Part shown: positions 45,401 through 57,383 of the stretch, piece by piece | How the letters are laid out: each line of letters begins with the position of its first letter | Position numbering within the stretch: the stretch's first letter is position 1 | Source of the DNA: Candidatus Latescibacterota bacterium | GTDB lineage: Bacteria; Latescibacterota; UBA2968; UBA8231 | Direction: 5' to 3' | Assembly (NCBI GenBank): GCA_965248355.1 | Contig: OZ252098.1 | Coordinates: forward strand, 3,744,001 to 3,808,000 | DNA: 64,000 nt | Program-made: the position numbers and the translations under genes | Notes under the pieces: generated by a model | The model's input: the letters and a program-made list of their open reading frames with translations, nothing else | The model's database searches: none | Told to the model about the DNA's origin: nothing

Positions 45401-46240
45401 TTCCCGGTAGGCGGAAACCGCTTCCTCGTAGAGGCCGCGGTCCATGTAGTGGGCGGCCAGGATCAGGCGGGCGGAGTCGCTCTGGGCACTTTGTGGGAAG
45501 GCCCGATGCAGCCTCTTGAAGGCGGTGGCCCCGGCGGATGTGCGGCCGAGGAACAGGTGTATCTGCCCCGACAGCAGCAGGGCCTCCGGAGCTTCGGCGC
45601 TGCCCGGTGCGCCCTTCCAGATCTCGCTCAGCAGATCCTGGGCGGATCCGGGGTCGCCGCTGGCCAGGCGGATCCGGGCCAGGCGGAGACGCCCCCTGAG
45701 TGCTGCGCCCGCGGTGCCATACTCCGACAGCAGCTTGCCGTAGGCTCGCACGGCATTGGCCGCGTCGCCCGCCCGCCGGTAGTTGTCGGCGGACTGCAGC
45801 AGGGCGTTGGCGGCATAGGCGCTCTCGCTGTAGAGCCGCTGGACCTCTTCGAAAGCTTCGGCGGCCTCCTTGAACCGGTCGAGCTGCTGCAGGCAGTCCG
45901 CTCGTTCGCGACGGGCCTCGGCGGCCGCCAGGTGCTCGGGGTGGCGCTCGATGAAGCTCTCGTACGCGGGAACGGCCTCTGCGCACCGCGCGCTTCGCCC
46001 ATAGGAGCGGGCCAGCAGAAGCCGGGCCTCGGGTACGTTCCCATGACCCGGATGGTTCCGGATGAAGTCGGCGAATAGCTGGGCCGCGGTGGCGTAGTCG
46101 CCCATCTGGCGGTACAGATTGCGGGGCAGTTGCCAGTCGTCCTCGGCGTCCGGCCATGCAGGGACGGCCGCCAGGAGGGCGAGGCAGACGAGGGCGGAGA
46201 GGGAACCAATCCGGCAGGTCCCCGTGGTTGCTCGATCCAT
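42470..46240 (-). CDS. Large exported TPR-repeat protein (BamD/CpoB-like repeats)
   Basis: Signal peptide; many A..Y..F...(H/Y)P......A TPR units over 1256 aa. Confidence 0.85.
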   Translation of the reverse strand: MDRATTGTCRIGSLSALVCLALLAAVPAWPDAEDDWQLPRNLYRQMGDYATAAQLFADFIRNHPGHGNVPEARLLLARSYGRSARCAEAVPAYESFIERHPEHLAAAEARRERADCLQQLDRFKEAAEAFEEVQRLYSESAYAANALLQSADNYRRAGDAANAVRAYGKLLSEYGTAGAALRGRLRLARIRLASGDPGSAQDLLSEIWKGAPGSAEAPEALLLSGQIHLFLGRTSAGATAFKRLHRAFPQSAQSDSARLILAAHYMDRGLYEEAVSAYREAARRSRDPGRNARARLGHADALRLVGRYKEALALYEPLSRPGPATGVDEAVRGRAMLGRAIALGQVGRFAPAVGLLMELVQSPSIGEPPPPHSAAAVRQLGALYRRQGDLTRARSWFLRYLDEAERLGDDFPESEAERDLTRLHLAQVYDAGGYHDKAIRLFTELSRGSGPVAAEAQYGLAAAYDGAGTRRLAIAEYGTFLDRFPRHPRTSPVRQRVEYLDHYTITDAEGLALALQRGWVDELTGVPRRQVLLEVARTLRDHQNFPGAVRAWKIYAASYPDDPSAPEARFYLAGCLYRLARQRQLEGLRAASDSLRALALHEDSLLGESGDGEWSRLALLRRVESMAEAAPNDQRPRILETGYTEFLERNPLSDDTREARARALSGLADSRLLAAAGDTARLAAADSVYARLLSEAPNTRWAPHGRFGRATVRLRRGQIGAAIDALTALLPQVSGGGLQPEVLATLGGALAQAGKLEEAATTLGELVLAYPDFEGRREAQELLADIHFRLGKPRRAGELLSSLAATDPAGDVDGSLRYRLARAHDLAGDLPSALALYDRLLAEGAGSADSLQLARGRLLGRLGRADEALAAYSKVRGPLAATAGLGAAGLHFQAQRYGKAWALYGPRLDSDEVTEASVGRAVVCLFELGRVKEAKGWAKQHGKRYDDDGVWPHLFRLYEGRALLKARKWERARKLFAEVAKEAAGRPGQAPGDQGSEGLLGRMASDPAGAGAYLAATAEWERMGSEPSEESTARALQAQSNFAAKYPDSPFSADVHLRLAAFHQTLGNLLPAAGAYRRVLESARATPAQRQEAAYKLLRCYSRLYQWDEALRVARRIESDFPGHPNRHEVQLEIGYILKETGQYGPAISYLQEVLEWAKGEDAAEARYYIGQAYQNMSEYRLAIQAFAQVAFHGADASTNWINSADFQRAGCHEQLGEFDQARSIYQRIINREGASSEYGRAARERIEAIHGRTGP

Positions 46241-46360
46241 TCTCGGGGGTGTGGGTAGGCCGCCATGGCGGCAGTTTCCTGGATGAGGACGCCCGGCACC
46301 GGGCCCCTATATTCATCCGGTTTCCGCGAGTATACCGGTCATTCAGACCAGGGTCAAGAC

Positions 46361-47272
46361 GTGTCAAAGCAGTCACTTACGTCCGGGGCTGGCGAATTGG
46401 TGGAGAGCGCCCCGGCGAAGCTGAATCTGGGCTTGCGGGTGCTGTCGCTGCGGCAGGACGGGTTCCACGACCTGATCGGCCTGTTCCAGACCGTCAGCCT
46501 GGCGGACAAACTGCGTATGCGGCCCTCCCCCCGGCTCGAGGTGACCTGCTCCGACCCCAACGTCCCCTCCGGTCCCCGGAACCTGGCCTACCGGGCCGCC
46601 GAGCTGTACCTGCGGGAGGCCGGCGCCCCTCCCTGGCGCGTGCACATCGAGAAGGCGATTCCGGCCGCCGCCGGCCTTGGCGGCGGCAGCGCCGACGCAG
46701 CGGCTGTGCTCAGGGGCCTTGACCGCGCCGCCTGTCGCCCGGTCGGCCTGCCGGGGCTGGCGCAGATGGCGGAGCAACTGGGCTCCGACGTTCCCTTTGC
46801 TCTCGTTGGCGGAACCGCCCTGGTCGGGGGCCGGGGGGAGCGCCTGGTGCCGCTCCGGTGGAGCGAGACGTCGGTGTGGTACGTCCTCGTCTGTCCACCC
46901 GTTCCGGTCGACACCGGCTGGGCCTACGACGAGCTCGACCGCCAGCGGCAGGCCGGATCCATCGATTTGTCCAAACAGGATCCGTACCGTACGTTGTTGA
47001 ATCACGCACGCGGCGGGCTCGTCGACGCCAGCCGGCTGTGGTCGGTGCTGCACAACGACTTCCAGTCTCTCGTCGAACGCGCCAAACCCATCGTCGCCCG
47101 CGCCAGCCAGTTGCTGGCCGCCACGGATCCGCTGGCCCAGTCGATGTCGGGAAGCGGAGCTACCGTCTACGGCATTTACGACGACCGGACCGCCGCCAAC
47201 CGCGCCGTCTCAAGGCTGCGCGGAGCAGGCTTTCCGGTCTTTCTGTGTACGCCCTGTCCGCCGCCTTCGTAA
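46361..47272 (+). CDS. ispE: 4-diphosphocytidyl-2-C-methyl-D-erythritol kinase
   Basis: APAKLNLGL, IEK.IP.AAGLGGGSADAA, GSDVPF, MSGSG; start uncertain. Confidence 0.94.
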   Translation: MSKQSLTSGAGELVESAPAKLNLGLRVLSLRQDGFHDLIGLFQTVSLADKLRMRPSPRLEVTCSDPNVPSGPRNLAYRAAELYLREAGAPPWRVHIEKAIPAAAGLGGGSADAAAVLRGLDRAACRPVGLPGLAQMAEQLGSDVPFALVGGTALVGGRGERLVPLRWSETSVWYVLVCPPVPVDTGWAYDELDRQRQAGSIDLSKQDPYRTLLNHARGGLVDASRLWSVLHNDFQSLVERAKPIVARASQLLAATDPLAQSMSGSGATVYGIYDDRTAANRAVSRLRGAGFPVFLCTPCPPPS

Positions 47273-47292
47273 GCGGCCGAGAGGGGACAGGT

Positions 47293-47367
47293 TGCCCGGT
47301 CGTTCAACTGGTAGGACAACGGATTTTGGTTCCGTCTATCGAGGTTCGAGTCCTCGCCGGGCAGCCA
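47293..47367 (+). tRNA. tRNA-Gln(TTG)
   Basis: tgcccgg...ccgggca-gcca; acgga-ttTTGgt-tccgt; usual position after ispE. Confidence 0.95.
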
Positions 47368-47387
47368 CTATTTCAAGAAGGTAGAGC

Positions 47388-48122
47388 ATGCCGGTTGACT
47401 TGAAGATCTATCAGCGCGAGACGATCGAACTGACCATCGAGCCGCGCCCCGAGCGCGGCAAGGGTCCCGTGGGACGCCTGCGGCGCGAGGAAGCCATGCT
47501 CCCGGGCATCCTCTACGGGCACAGGCTGGAGCCGCGTGCCTTCAAGATCGAGGCCCATGACCTGGAACGGGCGCTGGCCAGTGGAGGCCAGAACGCGATC
47601 TTCGTCCTCAAGGAAGAGGAGGATGGCAAGGCGGAGCGGGCGGTGGTGCGGGAGATCCAGTATCACAAGGTTCGCGGCCATGTCCTTCACGTCGATTTCC
47701 TGCGGATCGACCCCGACGAGGAATTGACCGTCGCCGTGCCGATGCAGACTACGGGCACACCCGTGGGCGTTCGGGTGGGCGGCGGTGCCGTGCAGCACAG
47801 CCTGACTTCGATCACCATGAGCTGTATCGCCTCCGAGCTGCCCTCCCAGGTCTCGATCGATATCTCCGACCTCGAAATCGGGGACAGCATCCACGTCAGC
47901 GACCTTCTCGAATTCGAGCCGCGCATCGTCACCGACGCCGGGGTCACGATCGTCAGCGTGTTGGCTCCGCGTCTCACGGTCGAAGAGGAGGAGGCGGCCG
48001 AGGCCGCCGAGGCCGCCGAGGAGGCCGGGGAGGCCGAGGAAGGCGAGGAAGGCGAAGGCGACGAGGACGGGGAGGCGGCCGAGGGCGGAGAGGCCGCCGA
48101 GGGCGCCGACAACCAGGGCTGA
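47388..48122 (+). CDS. rplY: 50S ribosomal protein L25/Ctc with acidic tail
   Basis: RLRR...PGILYG, HVDF, GV..GG, IDISDLEIGDSIHVSDL. Confidence 0.95.
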   Translation: MPVDLKIYQRETIELTIEPRPERGKGPVGRLRREEAMLPGILYGHRLEPRAFKIEAHDLERALASGGQNAIFVLKEEEDGKAERAVVREIQYHKVRGHVLHVDFLRIDPDEELTVAVPMQTTGTPVGVRVGGGAVQHSLTSITMSCIASELPSQVSIDISDLEIGDSIHVSDLLEFEPRIVTDAGVTIVSVLAPRLTVEEEEAAEAAEAAEEAGEAEEGEEGEGDEDGEAAEGGEAAEGADNQG

Positions 48123-48140
48123 GCCCGCTCGACGTCTCCG

Positions 48141-48752
48141 ATGGCCGTTGTCGTCGGTCTGGGGAATCCCGGTCCACGGTACGCCGATACGCGGCACAAC
48201 ATCGGTTTTCGCGTAGTCGAGGGCCTGCTGGCCGGACGAGGGAGATGGATGAGAGAAGAGAACGTGGAGACCTCGCGGGTGCGCGTTGCCGGCGAGGAGG
48301 TGTTGCTCGTCAAGCCCCTGAGTTTCATGAACCGCAGCGGCGACGCGGTTCGGGCCTTGCAGGAGCGCGCCGGGTTCGAGGCCGAGGAGGTTCTCGTCGT
48401 GCTCGACGACTTTCTCCTGGATTTCGGGCGCCTGCGGCTCCGACGCGGCGGCTCCGACGGCGGCCACAACGGTCTGGCCTCGGTGCTGGAGTGTTTGCAG
48501 ACGGATCAGGTTCCCCGCCTGCGGTTGGGCGTGGGACCCGTCCCGCCGGGGGACAGCGAGATCGACTTCGTGCTGACCCCCTTCGCCCCGGGCGAGGAGG
48601 TGGCCGAGCTTGTAGCGCGGGGTTGCGCGGCGACGCGTTGCTGGTTGTCGGAGGGCGTCGAGGCGGCCATGAACCGCTTCAACGGATGCCCGGCATTGGG
48701 GCGGGCGTTGCGGCCGCCCGTCGCATCCGAACAGGACAGGGAGGATAGGTAG
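48141..48752 (+). CDS. pth: Peptidyl-tRNA hydrolase
   Basis: GLGNPG.RY..TRHNIGF, KPLSFMN.SG, GGHNGL, RLRLGVG. Confidence 0.95.
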   Translation: MAVVVGLGNPGPRYADTRHNIGFRVVEGLLAGRGRWMREENVETSRVRVAGEEVLLVKPLSFMNRSGDAVRALQERAGFEAEEVLVVLDDFLLDFGRLRLRRGGSDGGHNGLASVLECLQTDQVPRLRLGVGPVPPGDSEIDFVLTPFAPGEEVAELVARGCAATRCWLSEGVEAAMNRFNGCPALGRALRPPVASEQDREDR

Positions 48753-48756
48753 GCTC

Positions 48757-50817
<2,061 letters not shown>

Positions 50818-50839
50818 TCGAAGCGAGGCAGACAAACGC

Positions 50840-51349
50840 ATGGCGAAGAAGTACGAGCTGGTCCTCATCCTGGATCCCCAGGCGGGCGACACGCAGTTGG
50901 AGACCGCCGTCGAGAACTACAAGAAGCGTCTGGAAGCGGCTGGTGCCGAGGTGGTGCAGGTCGTCAAGTGGGGTCTGCGCAAGATGGCCTACACTTCGAT
51001 CTCCCTGAGGCAGCGGCAGCAGGGGTTTTACGTCCTCTACCAGTTCACGGCAGAGAGTGAGCGGCTCGAACCGGTGGAGGAGGAGCTCAAGCTCGACGAA
51101 GCCGTCCTCCGGCACCTGGTAGTCGCCGTGCCGGGCGAGTTTCTGAACGTGCCGCAGCTGGCTCCGGAGAACGTCTACATCTACCAGTCCCCCGACCGCA
51201 GCCGCGACCGCCGCGGTCCTCGCCGTGACCGCGAGCGCCGCGACGACGGGCCCCCCCGCGCCGAGCGTGACCATGGGCCGGCGGAGAGCACCGCGGCTTC
51301 CGCCGAGGAAGGCTCCGGCAGCGGGGAGGGGGGCGAGGAGGCCGCCTGA
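50840..51349 (+). CDS. rpsF: 30S ribosomal protein S6 with R/D-rich tail
   Basis: YEL..ILDP, WG.RKMAY, G.Y, E.VLRHL. Confidence 0.92.
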   Translation: MAKKYELVLILDPQAGDTQLETAVENYKKRLEAAGAEVVQVVKWGLRKMAYTSISLRQRQQGFYVLYQFTAESERLEPVEEELKLDEAVLRHLVVAVPGEFLNVPQLAPENVYIYQSPDRSRDRRGPRRDRERRDDGPPRAERDHGPAESTAASAEEGSGSGEGGEEAA

Positions 51350-51375
51350 GGCGAGGCTACGCGAGGGGTTGGCAC

Positions 51376-52218
51376 TTGTCCCTGCTCGCCAGTCTGGTCC
51401 TCGTGGCGGCGACGCTCCTGGGAGCGCGCCGGTTCGGAGTGCGCAGGGTGGTCCTTCCGGCCTGCCTGCCCATGCTGCTGTCCTTCAGCAGCGCCTTCCA
51501 TTGGGCCTCGGGCGTGGCCCCGGCGCCGTTGATCGGCTGGCTCGCTGCGCTCCAGGTCGAGCGGGGCCGCGGCTACGGCCAGATCATCGCCGTCGCGTCC
51601 CTGCCGGGTCTGGTGCTCGGCCTGTTGCAGGCCGGTGGCTTTCTGGGCTACGACGGTCAGCGGGAGCAGGTGGCGGCGGAGGTCAGGCGGTTCCTGCAGG
51701 GAAGCGGCACCGAGGTCCAGCTGGGTGACGCGGAGGTGCTCAAGCAGTTGGTGGAGATGGTCCTGGTTCTGCTGCCGGGAGTCGCCTATCTCTCCATCCT
51801 GCTGATCGCCGTCTGCGGGTATCGGCTGGCACAGGCCGCGAGTCAGTGGACGGGCACGACCCTGCCGCCCGCCGTGCCCCTGCGCCGCTGGCGGATGTGG
51901 GAGGAGTTGATCTGGGTCCCCATCGGCGCCCTGGCCCTGCTGCTGGTGGGCGGCGAGTCCTTTCGCGGGCTGGCCGTCAACGCCGCCGTGGTCATGTTGC
52001 TGCTGTACTCGGCTCAGGGACTGGGGCTGGCACGGCACCTGATGTGGCGCCTTGGCGCCCAGCGCTATCTCGTCGTTCTGGTGTACGCCTTGCTGGCTTT
52101 CACCTCCAGCCTCTCGGTGGTGGCCCTGGCGCTGTCGGGACTGGCGGACAACTGGTTTGACTGGCGCCGGATCGGACACCGGCGCGAGCGAGAATCCGAT
52201 CAGGAGATCGACAAGTGA
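51376..52218 (+). CDS. DUF2232/YybS-like membrane protein
   Basis: Multi-TM, QGL, GL.D.WFD.RR motif; upstream of rplI. Confidence 0.8.
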   Translation: MSLLASLVLVAATLLGARRFGVRRVVLPACLPMLLSFSSAFHWASGVAPAPLIGWLAALQVERGRGYGQIIAVASLPGLVLGLLQAGGFLGYDGQREQVAAEVRRFLQGSGTEVQLGDAEVLKQLVEMVLVLLPGVAYLSILLIAVCGYRLAQAASQWTGTTLPPAVPLRRWRMWEELIWVPIGALALLLVGGESFRGLAVNAAVVMLLLYSAQGLGLARHLMWRLGAQRYLVVLVYALLAFTSSLSVVALALSGLADNWFDWRRIGHRRERESDQEIDK

Positions 52219-52658
52219 AGATCATACTGCTCAGAGACGTAGACGCCCTGGGGTCCGCCGGCCAGATCGTGACCGTGGCCGACGGGTACGCCCGCAATTC
52301 CCTGATTCCGAAGCGGCAGGCGCTGCTGGCGACCGAGGCCAACGTGTCCCTCTTCGAGTCCAGGCGGCGGCAGCACGAGGCCGTCGAGGAGCGCGGGAAA
52401 CGCGCGGCCGAGGGCGTGGCGGCCGACTTGGAGAAGGCGTCGCTCACCGTTCAGGTCAAGGTCGGCGAAGGAGAGCGTCTCTACGGATCCGTGACCGCCC
52501 AGAACATCGCTGACCTGCTCAAGGAGCAGGGCCACGACGTCGACCGTCGCAGCATCGAACTGGAGGAGCCTATCCGGGCACTGGGCGTGTACAATGTGCC
52601 GGTGCAGCTGCATGCCGGTGTGAAGGCCGCCGTCAAGCTCTGGGTCGTGAAGGAATAG
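52215..52658 (+). CDS. rplI: 50S ribosomal protein L9
   Basis: MKIIL..DV..LG, V.DGYARN.LIP, LYGSVT. Confidence 0.97.
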   Translation: MKIILLRDVDALGSAGQIVTVADGYARNSLIPKRQALLATEANVSLFESRRRQHEAVEERGKRAAEGVAADLEKASLTVQVKVGEGERLYGSVTAQNIADLLKEQGHDVDRRSIELEEPIRALGVYNVPVQLHAGVKAAVKLWVVKE

Positions 52659-52706
52659 GGCCTCGGCTCGCCCCGAAGCGGAGGAGCACGGTTCCGTGGC
52701 ATCCAC

Positions 52707-53621
52707 TTGCCGCGGTCAGGGCCCTCCAGACAGGCCCTGGCGCTCGTGAAGGTGATCTTCCCCTGGCTGGGGTTCCTGCTGCTTTCCTCGTGCGCTCCCC
52801 AAGGCGAGGGCCCGGGGCCGTTCGAACGGACCGAGGAACGGGTCTGGCGCCTGGCCAACCGCAGCCACACCGGCGCCGACGGGATCTTCGTCCAAGCCAC
52901 CTTCAGGACGTTCGCCTACGAGATCGCCCGCATCTACGCCGAGGCGGAGATCGCCGGCCTCGGGCAGGAGCAGGTCACGAGCCGGTTGCGCGAGTTCGTC
53001 TACGCCTGCATCGACGCACCCTACCCCATGGAGGACGGCACCGACGTCAACAGCCTCTATTACCAGTACCTGGTCTACGTCAACCCCGAATTCGACGTCA
53101 GCAACCCCATCCAGAAGACCCAGTTCGACACCTGGCGCGCCCAGTATGTGCGCCGGCTCCTCGGTATCCTCTACGACAGCAAGTACCCCCTCCTCCGTCC
53201 GGTCTACGATGAGCGCTGGGGGTACGGGCTCTACAGCCGGCTGGTGTTCAGCATCTACATCGACGGGGAGGAGTCCGGAGCCCATCCCTACATCGCCGAC
53301 ATCGGCGACCGCACCTTTCTCATCGACGAAGGCGGCGTACGCCACGCACCTAGCGGGACCGCCGGGGCCTATCCGTACGAGTTCGATCGGCCCGATCACG
53401 ACCATCTGAAGAAGACGGCCGTCTATCGCCTCTACTTCCCCAACCGGCACCCTGACCGGAGCACCCCGATCCTGACCGCCGCCAGCAAACGCGTCTCTCT
53501 CGTCATCGAAGGTCTCGGCTCCGATCCCGAACGCCGGCTGGACTGGGACCTGCCTCTCTCCTACCCTCCGATGCCGGCCCGGCGGCTGGTCCCGCCCGTC
53601 GAGGCCGAGTCGACGCCCTGA
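52707..53621 (+). CDS. Hypothetical Tyr-rich lipoprotein
   Basis: Lipobox LLSSC; GC3-biased codons; start may be GTG 52746. Confidence 0.6.
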   Translation: MPRSGPSRQALALVKVIFPWLGFLLLSSCAPQGEGPGPFERTEERVWRLANRSHTGADGIFVQATFRTFAYEIARIYAEAEIAGLGQEQVTSRLREFVYACIDAPYPMEDGTDVNSLYYQYLVYVNPEFDVSNPIQKTQFDTWRAQYVRRLLGILYDSKYPLLRPVYDERWGYGLYSRLVFSIYIDGEESGAHPYIADIGDRTFLIDEGGVRHAPSGTAGAYPYEFDRPDHDHLKKTAVYRLYFPNRHPDRSTPILTAASKRVSLVIEGLGSDPERRLDWDLPLSYPPMPARRLVPPVEAESTP

Positions 53622-54020
53622 TGATCGATCGGCTGGGCGATCACCTCCCGCGCAAGGTGCTATGGCAGAGGAAGCTCTTCGTCAGCTGCTTCCTGTGATC
53701 TCCTCACCATGGCGGCGGCTGTCGCGTATTCGGCCTGGGTAAGCGAGAAGGAACGCGAGCGGGTGGAGCGGTTGGCGGCCCGCGCTGCGCCGGCTGTGCG
53801 AGAGCACCGGGCGGCCGACCATCCGACGCCGTCGCCCCCGGCTGCTGCCCGTGGACGTGCACACGGCCATCCTGCCCGTGGACAAGAGCCTGCGGGCCCT
53901 GGAACGCGACCGGGGGGATCCGGCCGCAGGCTGCGGCACTACCGGCTGTTCCTGGAGAGCAAGCCCCTGATCGACGAGTTGGAGCGCATCTGCCGGCTGG
54001 AGGAGCGCGGCCTCCGATAG
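53621..54020 (+). pseudogene. Frameshifted small membrane-protein gene remnant
   Basis: MIDRLG..KLFVSCFL stops at TGA, but continues LLTMAAAVAYSAWV after a 1-nt shift. The coding-like frame switches again near 53780 and 53930. Confidence 0.45.
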
Positions 54021-54120
54021 AAGGAACCTGCCCCGGAGCCATCGCCTTCGGGGTGTCCGGAATCTCCGCCGTCGGCACCGCCCCGAGGCGCAGGGGACTT
54101 CCAGAGGCGAGCCCTCTCTG

Positions 54121-55390
54121 TCACAGTGAGACGAGAGTCCCCTGGGCGCGCATGGCGGGCACGTGGATGTCCAGGGACTCCCGGCTCAGGGGGTTGCCCG
54201 TCAGTATCAGCCGCTGCAGGGGCAACTGCAGCAGCGGCGACACATCGGAGATCCGGTTGCCGAGGGGTTCGAACGGCTCCCGCCCGATCGCCAGTCGCAC
54301 GGCCTCGACCAGGGCGTCGTCCGCAAACAGACTGGTAGGCAGGCCGGTCTCGAAGGCGGGGTCCAGGCGGCCGATCCAGCCGACGGCCGCGATCGACAGC
54401 GAGCCGTCAGCGAGCGGTCGAGCCTCTCCGCCGCCGGCGTCGATCTCGTGGAGCGCGTACCGTCCGTCGTCGTGGACGGACGAGAACACGAGCCTCTCCC
54501 CGTCGGGCGACCAATGGGGCCCCGTCTCGTTTCCAGCCATTTCCGTGAGGCGGCGGACCTGGCCCGAGGCCAGTTCGAAGACGTACAAGTCCAGGTCTCC
54601 GTCGCGGTCCGAGCGAAGGCGAGTTGCCCGCCGGCGGGTGACCAGTCCGGCGCGTCGTCGTTCGCCTCGTTGTCGGTTAGCGGGGTGACGACGCCCGTGG
54701 CGACGTCGAGCATGTAGAGCTCCGCGTCGCCGTCATGGGAGGAGAATGCGAGCCGGCGGCCGTCAGGCGACCAGGGGTGGGAGGCGCGGCCCACATCGTC
54801 CACGAGCACCCTGTTCGCACCATTGTCCATCGTGTACAGGAACAGGTCGAGGTCTTCCGAGGAACCGGAGGCATAGGCCAGCGAACGGCCGTCCGGCGAG
54901 AACGCAGGCGTCCTGCTGAAGTGGCCGTCCGTGGCCACGTGGATGGCTCCTCGCCGGGGGTGAGGAGGAAGAGCTCGACCCTGGCTCCGTTCCCCTCCAC
55001 ATACAGGAGGCCGTAGGCGAGCCACCGGCCGTCGGGTGACGCGTCCGCCCCGGATGTCAAGCCACTCCGGCCGGTGATGCGAGTCAGGGCGCCATCGGAG
55101 CCAGGGGAGTGGAGGAATAATCTGCTCCCACCTCCCCCCGGCAGGAAGGCCTCCACCAGGACCCTCCAGTCGGCTTGGGGGGAAACGGGCGGCGGCGTGA
55201 ACGTGTCCCCTCCATCGCCGTCGGGGGCCGGCGGACCACGGAGGTACTCCACCTCCACCCCACGGGCTGCCAGTTCCTCGAAGCGGTCCCGGCTTCCGGC
55301 TGACAGGGGATTGCCCGAGAGGCTCAGGACGCGAAGGGACGGGCTTTCGAGGAAGGCGCCGATCTCCTCGATGAGTTCGCCGAACAGGGG
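54121..55390 (-). pseudogene. Frameshifted, 5'-truncated LRR + TolB-like (PD40) propeller gene
   Basis: SPDG repeats spread over three frames (shifts near 54950 and 54612); LRR caps LSLSGNPLS and LILTGNPLS; no start codon. Confidence 0.7.
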
Positions 55391-55394
55391 TTGT

Positions 55395-56471
55395 TCAGCC
55401 GTCGCGGCAGACCTCCTCCTCCCAGGGCGCGGGATCGAGGCCCAGACGCCGGGCGCGGTCGCAGATGCGGCTCCAGGTGGTGTCGTCGATGGCGATGCCG
55501 GTCCTGCGGCGCTCCGCCGCGGTGGTGAACTCCGGGGCTCCCGGCAGCTGGATCTCGCCCACCTTCGGGTCGATCCGGCTCGAGGTCACGTGGGCGATCA
55601 GGCCCTCCAGCTCGCGGTCGTAGTCCGCGTCCTCGCAGAAGAAGGCGGGGTCCCACACGTTCAGCATGAGGCCGTTGCTCCTCATCTCCACCTCCCCGGC
55701 GGCGCAGCCCTCGCCAGAGAGCAGGCCGCCGAGGATCTCGACCATCATGCTCAGGCAGTAGCCCTTGTAGGCCACCACCCCGCCCAGGGGCAGGATGGCG
55801 CCCTGGGGCGGCCCGACGAAGGCGGCGGGATCGGTGCTCGGGCGGCCCTCGGCATCGGTGATCCAGCCCTCGGGGACCGATGCGCCGCGGTTGTGGGCGA
55901 GGCGGATCTTGCCTTCGGCCACGACGGAGGTGGTCATGTCCACGAGAATCGGATCGGAGCCGCGCCTCGGGGCGGCGAAGGAGACGGGGTTGGTGGACAG
56001 CTTGCCGTCGATGCCCCCGTAGGGCGGGATCTGCCGGCCGAGGCGTCCGGCGTTGACCCAGGCCATGCCGATCAGGCCCTGGCGGGCGACGGCCAGGGAG
56101 TAGGCCCCGATGCGTCCGAGATGGGAGCAGTTGCGCAGGCTGACGCTGCCGACGCCATGGGTCCGGGCGAGGTCGACCGCCTTGTGGACGGCGTGGCGGC
56201 CGGCGACCTGGCCGAGAGCACCGCCGCCGTCGAGGACGGCCATGGCTCCGCGTTCGCGGACCACCGCCGGGCGGCCGGCGGGGTCGAAGGTGCCGTCGGC
56301 CATCTGGTCGACGTATTCGTAGATGCGGATGGTGCCATGCGAATCGTGGCCGAAGAGGCTCGACTCGACGAGGTGGTCGGCCACGGTGGCGGCATCCTGG
56401 GTGGAGCAACCCGCGGCCTCGAAGAGGGAGCGGGCGATGCGGGCCAGGGAGTCGGGCGGGAAGCGGCGCAT
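55395..56471 (-). CDS. Ldh_2 family (malate/L-lactate/sulfolactate-type) oxidoreductase
   Basis: G.DSHG..R, HLGRIG.Y, TNPVSFAAP, DMTTS.VAEGK, YKGY.L. Confidence 0.9.
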   Translation of the reverse strand: MRRFPPDSLARIARSLFEAAGCSTQDAATVADHLVESSLFGHDSHGTIRIYEYVDQMADGTFDPAGRPAVVRERGAMAVLDGGGALGQVAGRHAVHKAVDLARTHGVGSVSLRNCSHLGRIGAYSLAVARQGLIGMAWVNAGRLGRQIPPYGGIDGKLSTNPVSFAAPRRGSDPILVDMTTSVVAEGKIRLAHNRGASVPEGWITDAEGRPSTDPAAFVGPPQGAILPLGGVVAYKGYCLSMMVEILGGLLSGEGCAAGEVEMRSNGLMLNVWDPAFFCEDADYDRELEGLIAHVTSSRIDPKVGEIQLPGAPEFTTAAERRRTGIAIDDTTWSRICDRARRLGLDPAPWEEEVCRDG

Positions 56472-56475
56472 GGGT

Positions 56476-57294
56476 TCAGGCAGAGGCCTGCAGCCTCTGG
56501 ACCTCGGTGTCGAAGGCGCCGCTTCCGAGATCGACCCCGTACTCCCGGAGTCCGCCGGTGGCCTGCGGGCCGGTGATCCACGGCCGGCGGTCCCGGCCGG
56601 GTTCGACCAGATCGCCGCTGGCGCAGTCGCCGTGGAGGAAGTGGAAGGCCATGCCGGCCCGCTCCTCGTCCGTCGCGTTGTCGCCGGTGCTGTGGGCGAC
56701 CCCGTAACAGAAGAACACGGCGCCGCCGGCCCCGACTTCGACGGCCAGGGCCTCCTCCTCCGGGGGGGAGCAGTGGATGTGGTGGTCGGACCAGGGGTCC
56801 CGTTCGTGGGCATAGCTGTGCCGGTGGCTCCCCGGGATCAGGCGCAGGGTCCCGTTGGCCGCGGTGGCGTCGTGCACGGCGACCCACATGGCCGTCCCCT
56901 TCAGGGGATCGTCGATCTTGAAGTAGGCGTTGTCCTGGTGCCAGTGGGTCCCGGTGCCCACGTGGCTCGGCTTGAGGAACAACTGGTCCAGGATGAGGAG
57001 GAAGGGATCGCCGATCAGCCGGCTCACGGCACCGGCGACCTTCGGCGCCAGGGGCAGGGCGCGGATCAGGTCGCTCTTGTCGTGGAGCGGGATGAGCTGA
57101 AGGTTGGCGCGCGACCGGGACCGGGTCTGCCCGTCGCCCTCGGTGCGCACGTTTCGCAGGAGGCCCTGGCGGCGGAAGCGCGCCACCTCGGCCGCCAGGG
57201 CCCGGACCTCGCGAGCGTCGAAGAAGGAGCTCACCAGGCACCAGCCGTCCCGGCGGAATCGGGCGACGTGATCTTGCGTAAGGAGGTCGGTCAC
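56476..57294 (-). CDS. Phytanoyl-CoA dioxygenase (PhyH) family Fe/2OG enzyme
   Basis: F.RDGW, WHQD, WVAVHDAT..NG.L..IPGSH, H..GDN...R. Confidence 0.9.
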   Translation of the reverse strand: MTDLLTQDHVARFRRDGWCLVSSFFDAREVRALAAEVARFRRQGLLRNVRTEGDGQTRSRSRANLQLIPLHDKSDLIRALPLAPKVAGAVSRLIGDPFLLILDQLFLKPSHVGTGTHWHQDNAYFKIDDPLKGTAMWVAVHDATAANGTLRLIPGSHRHSYAHERDPWSDHHIHCSPPEEEALAVEVGAGGAVFFCYGVAHSTGDNATDEERAGMAFHFLHGDCASGDLVEPGRDRRPWITGPQATGGLREYGVDLGSGAFDTEVQRLQASA

Positions 57295-57354
57295 GAGGGA
57301 AGCCAGAAAGGATAGCGGGACGGGTTCCTGCGGGCAAGGTCCGCCGCCGCCGTC

Positions 57355-57383
57355 TTGCCGGCGCCGGGACGGTTGAGTACCCT
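57355..57383 (+). promoter_or_regulatory. Possible sigma70 promoter of gap
   Basis: TTGCCG-17 bp-TACCCT, about 210 nt before the start codon. Confidence 0.4.

Noticed and set aside
47981..48110. GAGGCC/GAAGGC tandem-like repeats
   Set aside because: Encode the acidic Glu/Ala/Gly tail of L25; not CRISPR or a VNTR system.
51370..51386. TGGCAC...TGC possible sigma54 promoter
   Set aside because: GG-GC spacing is off by one and it overlaps the start codon.
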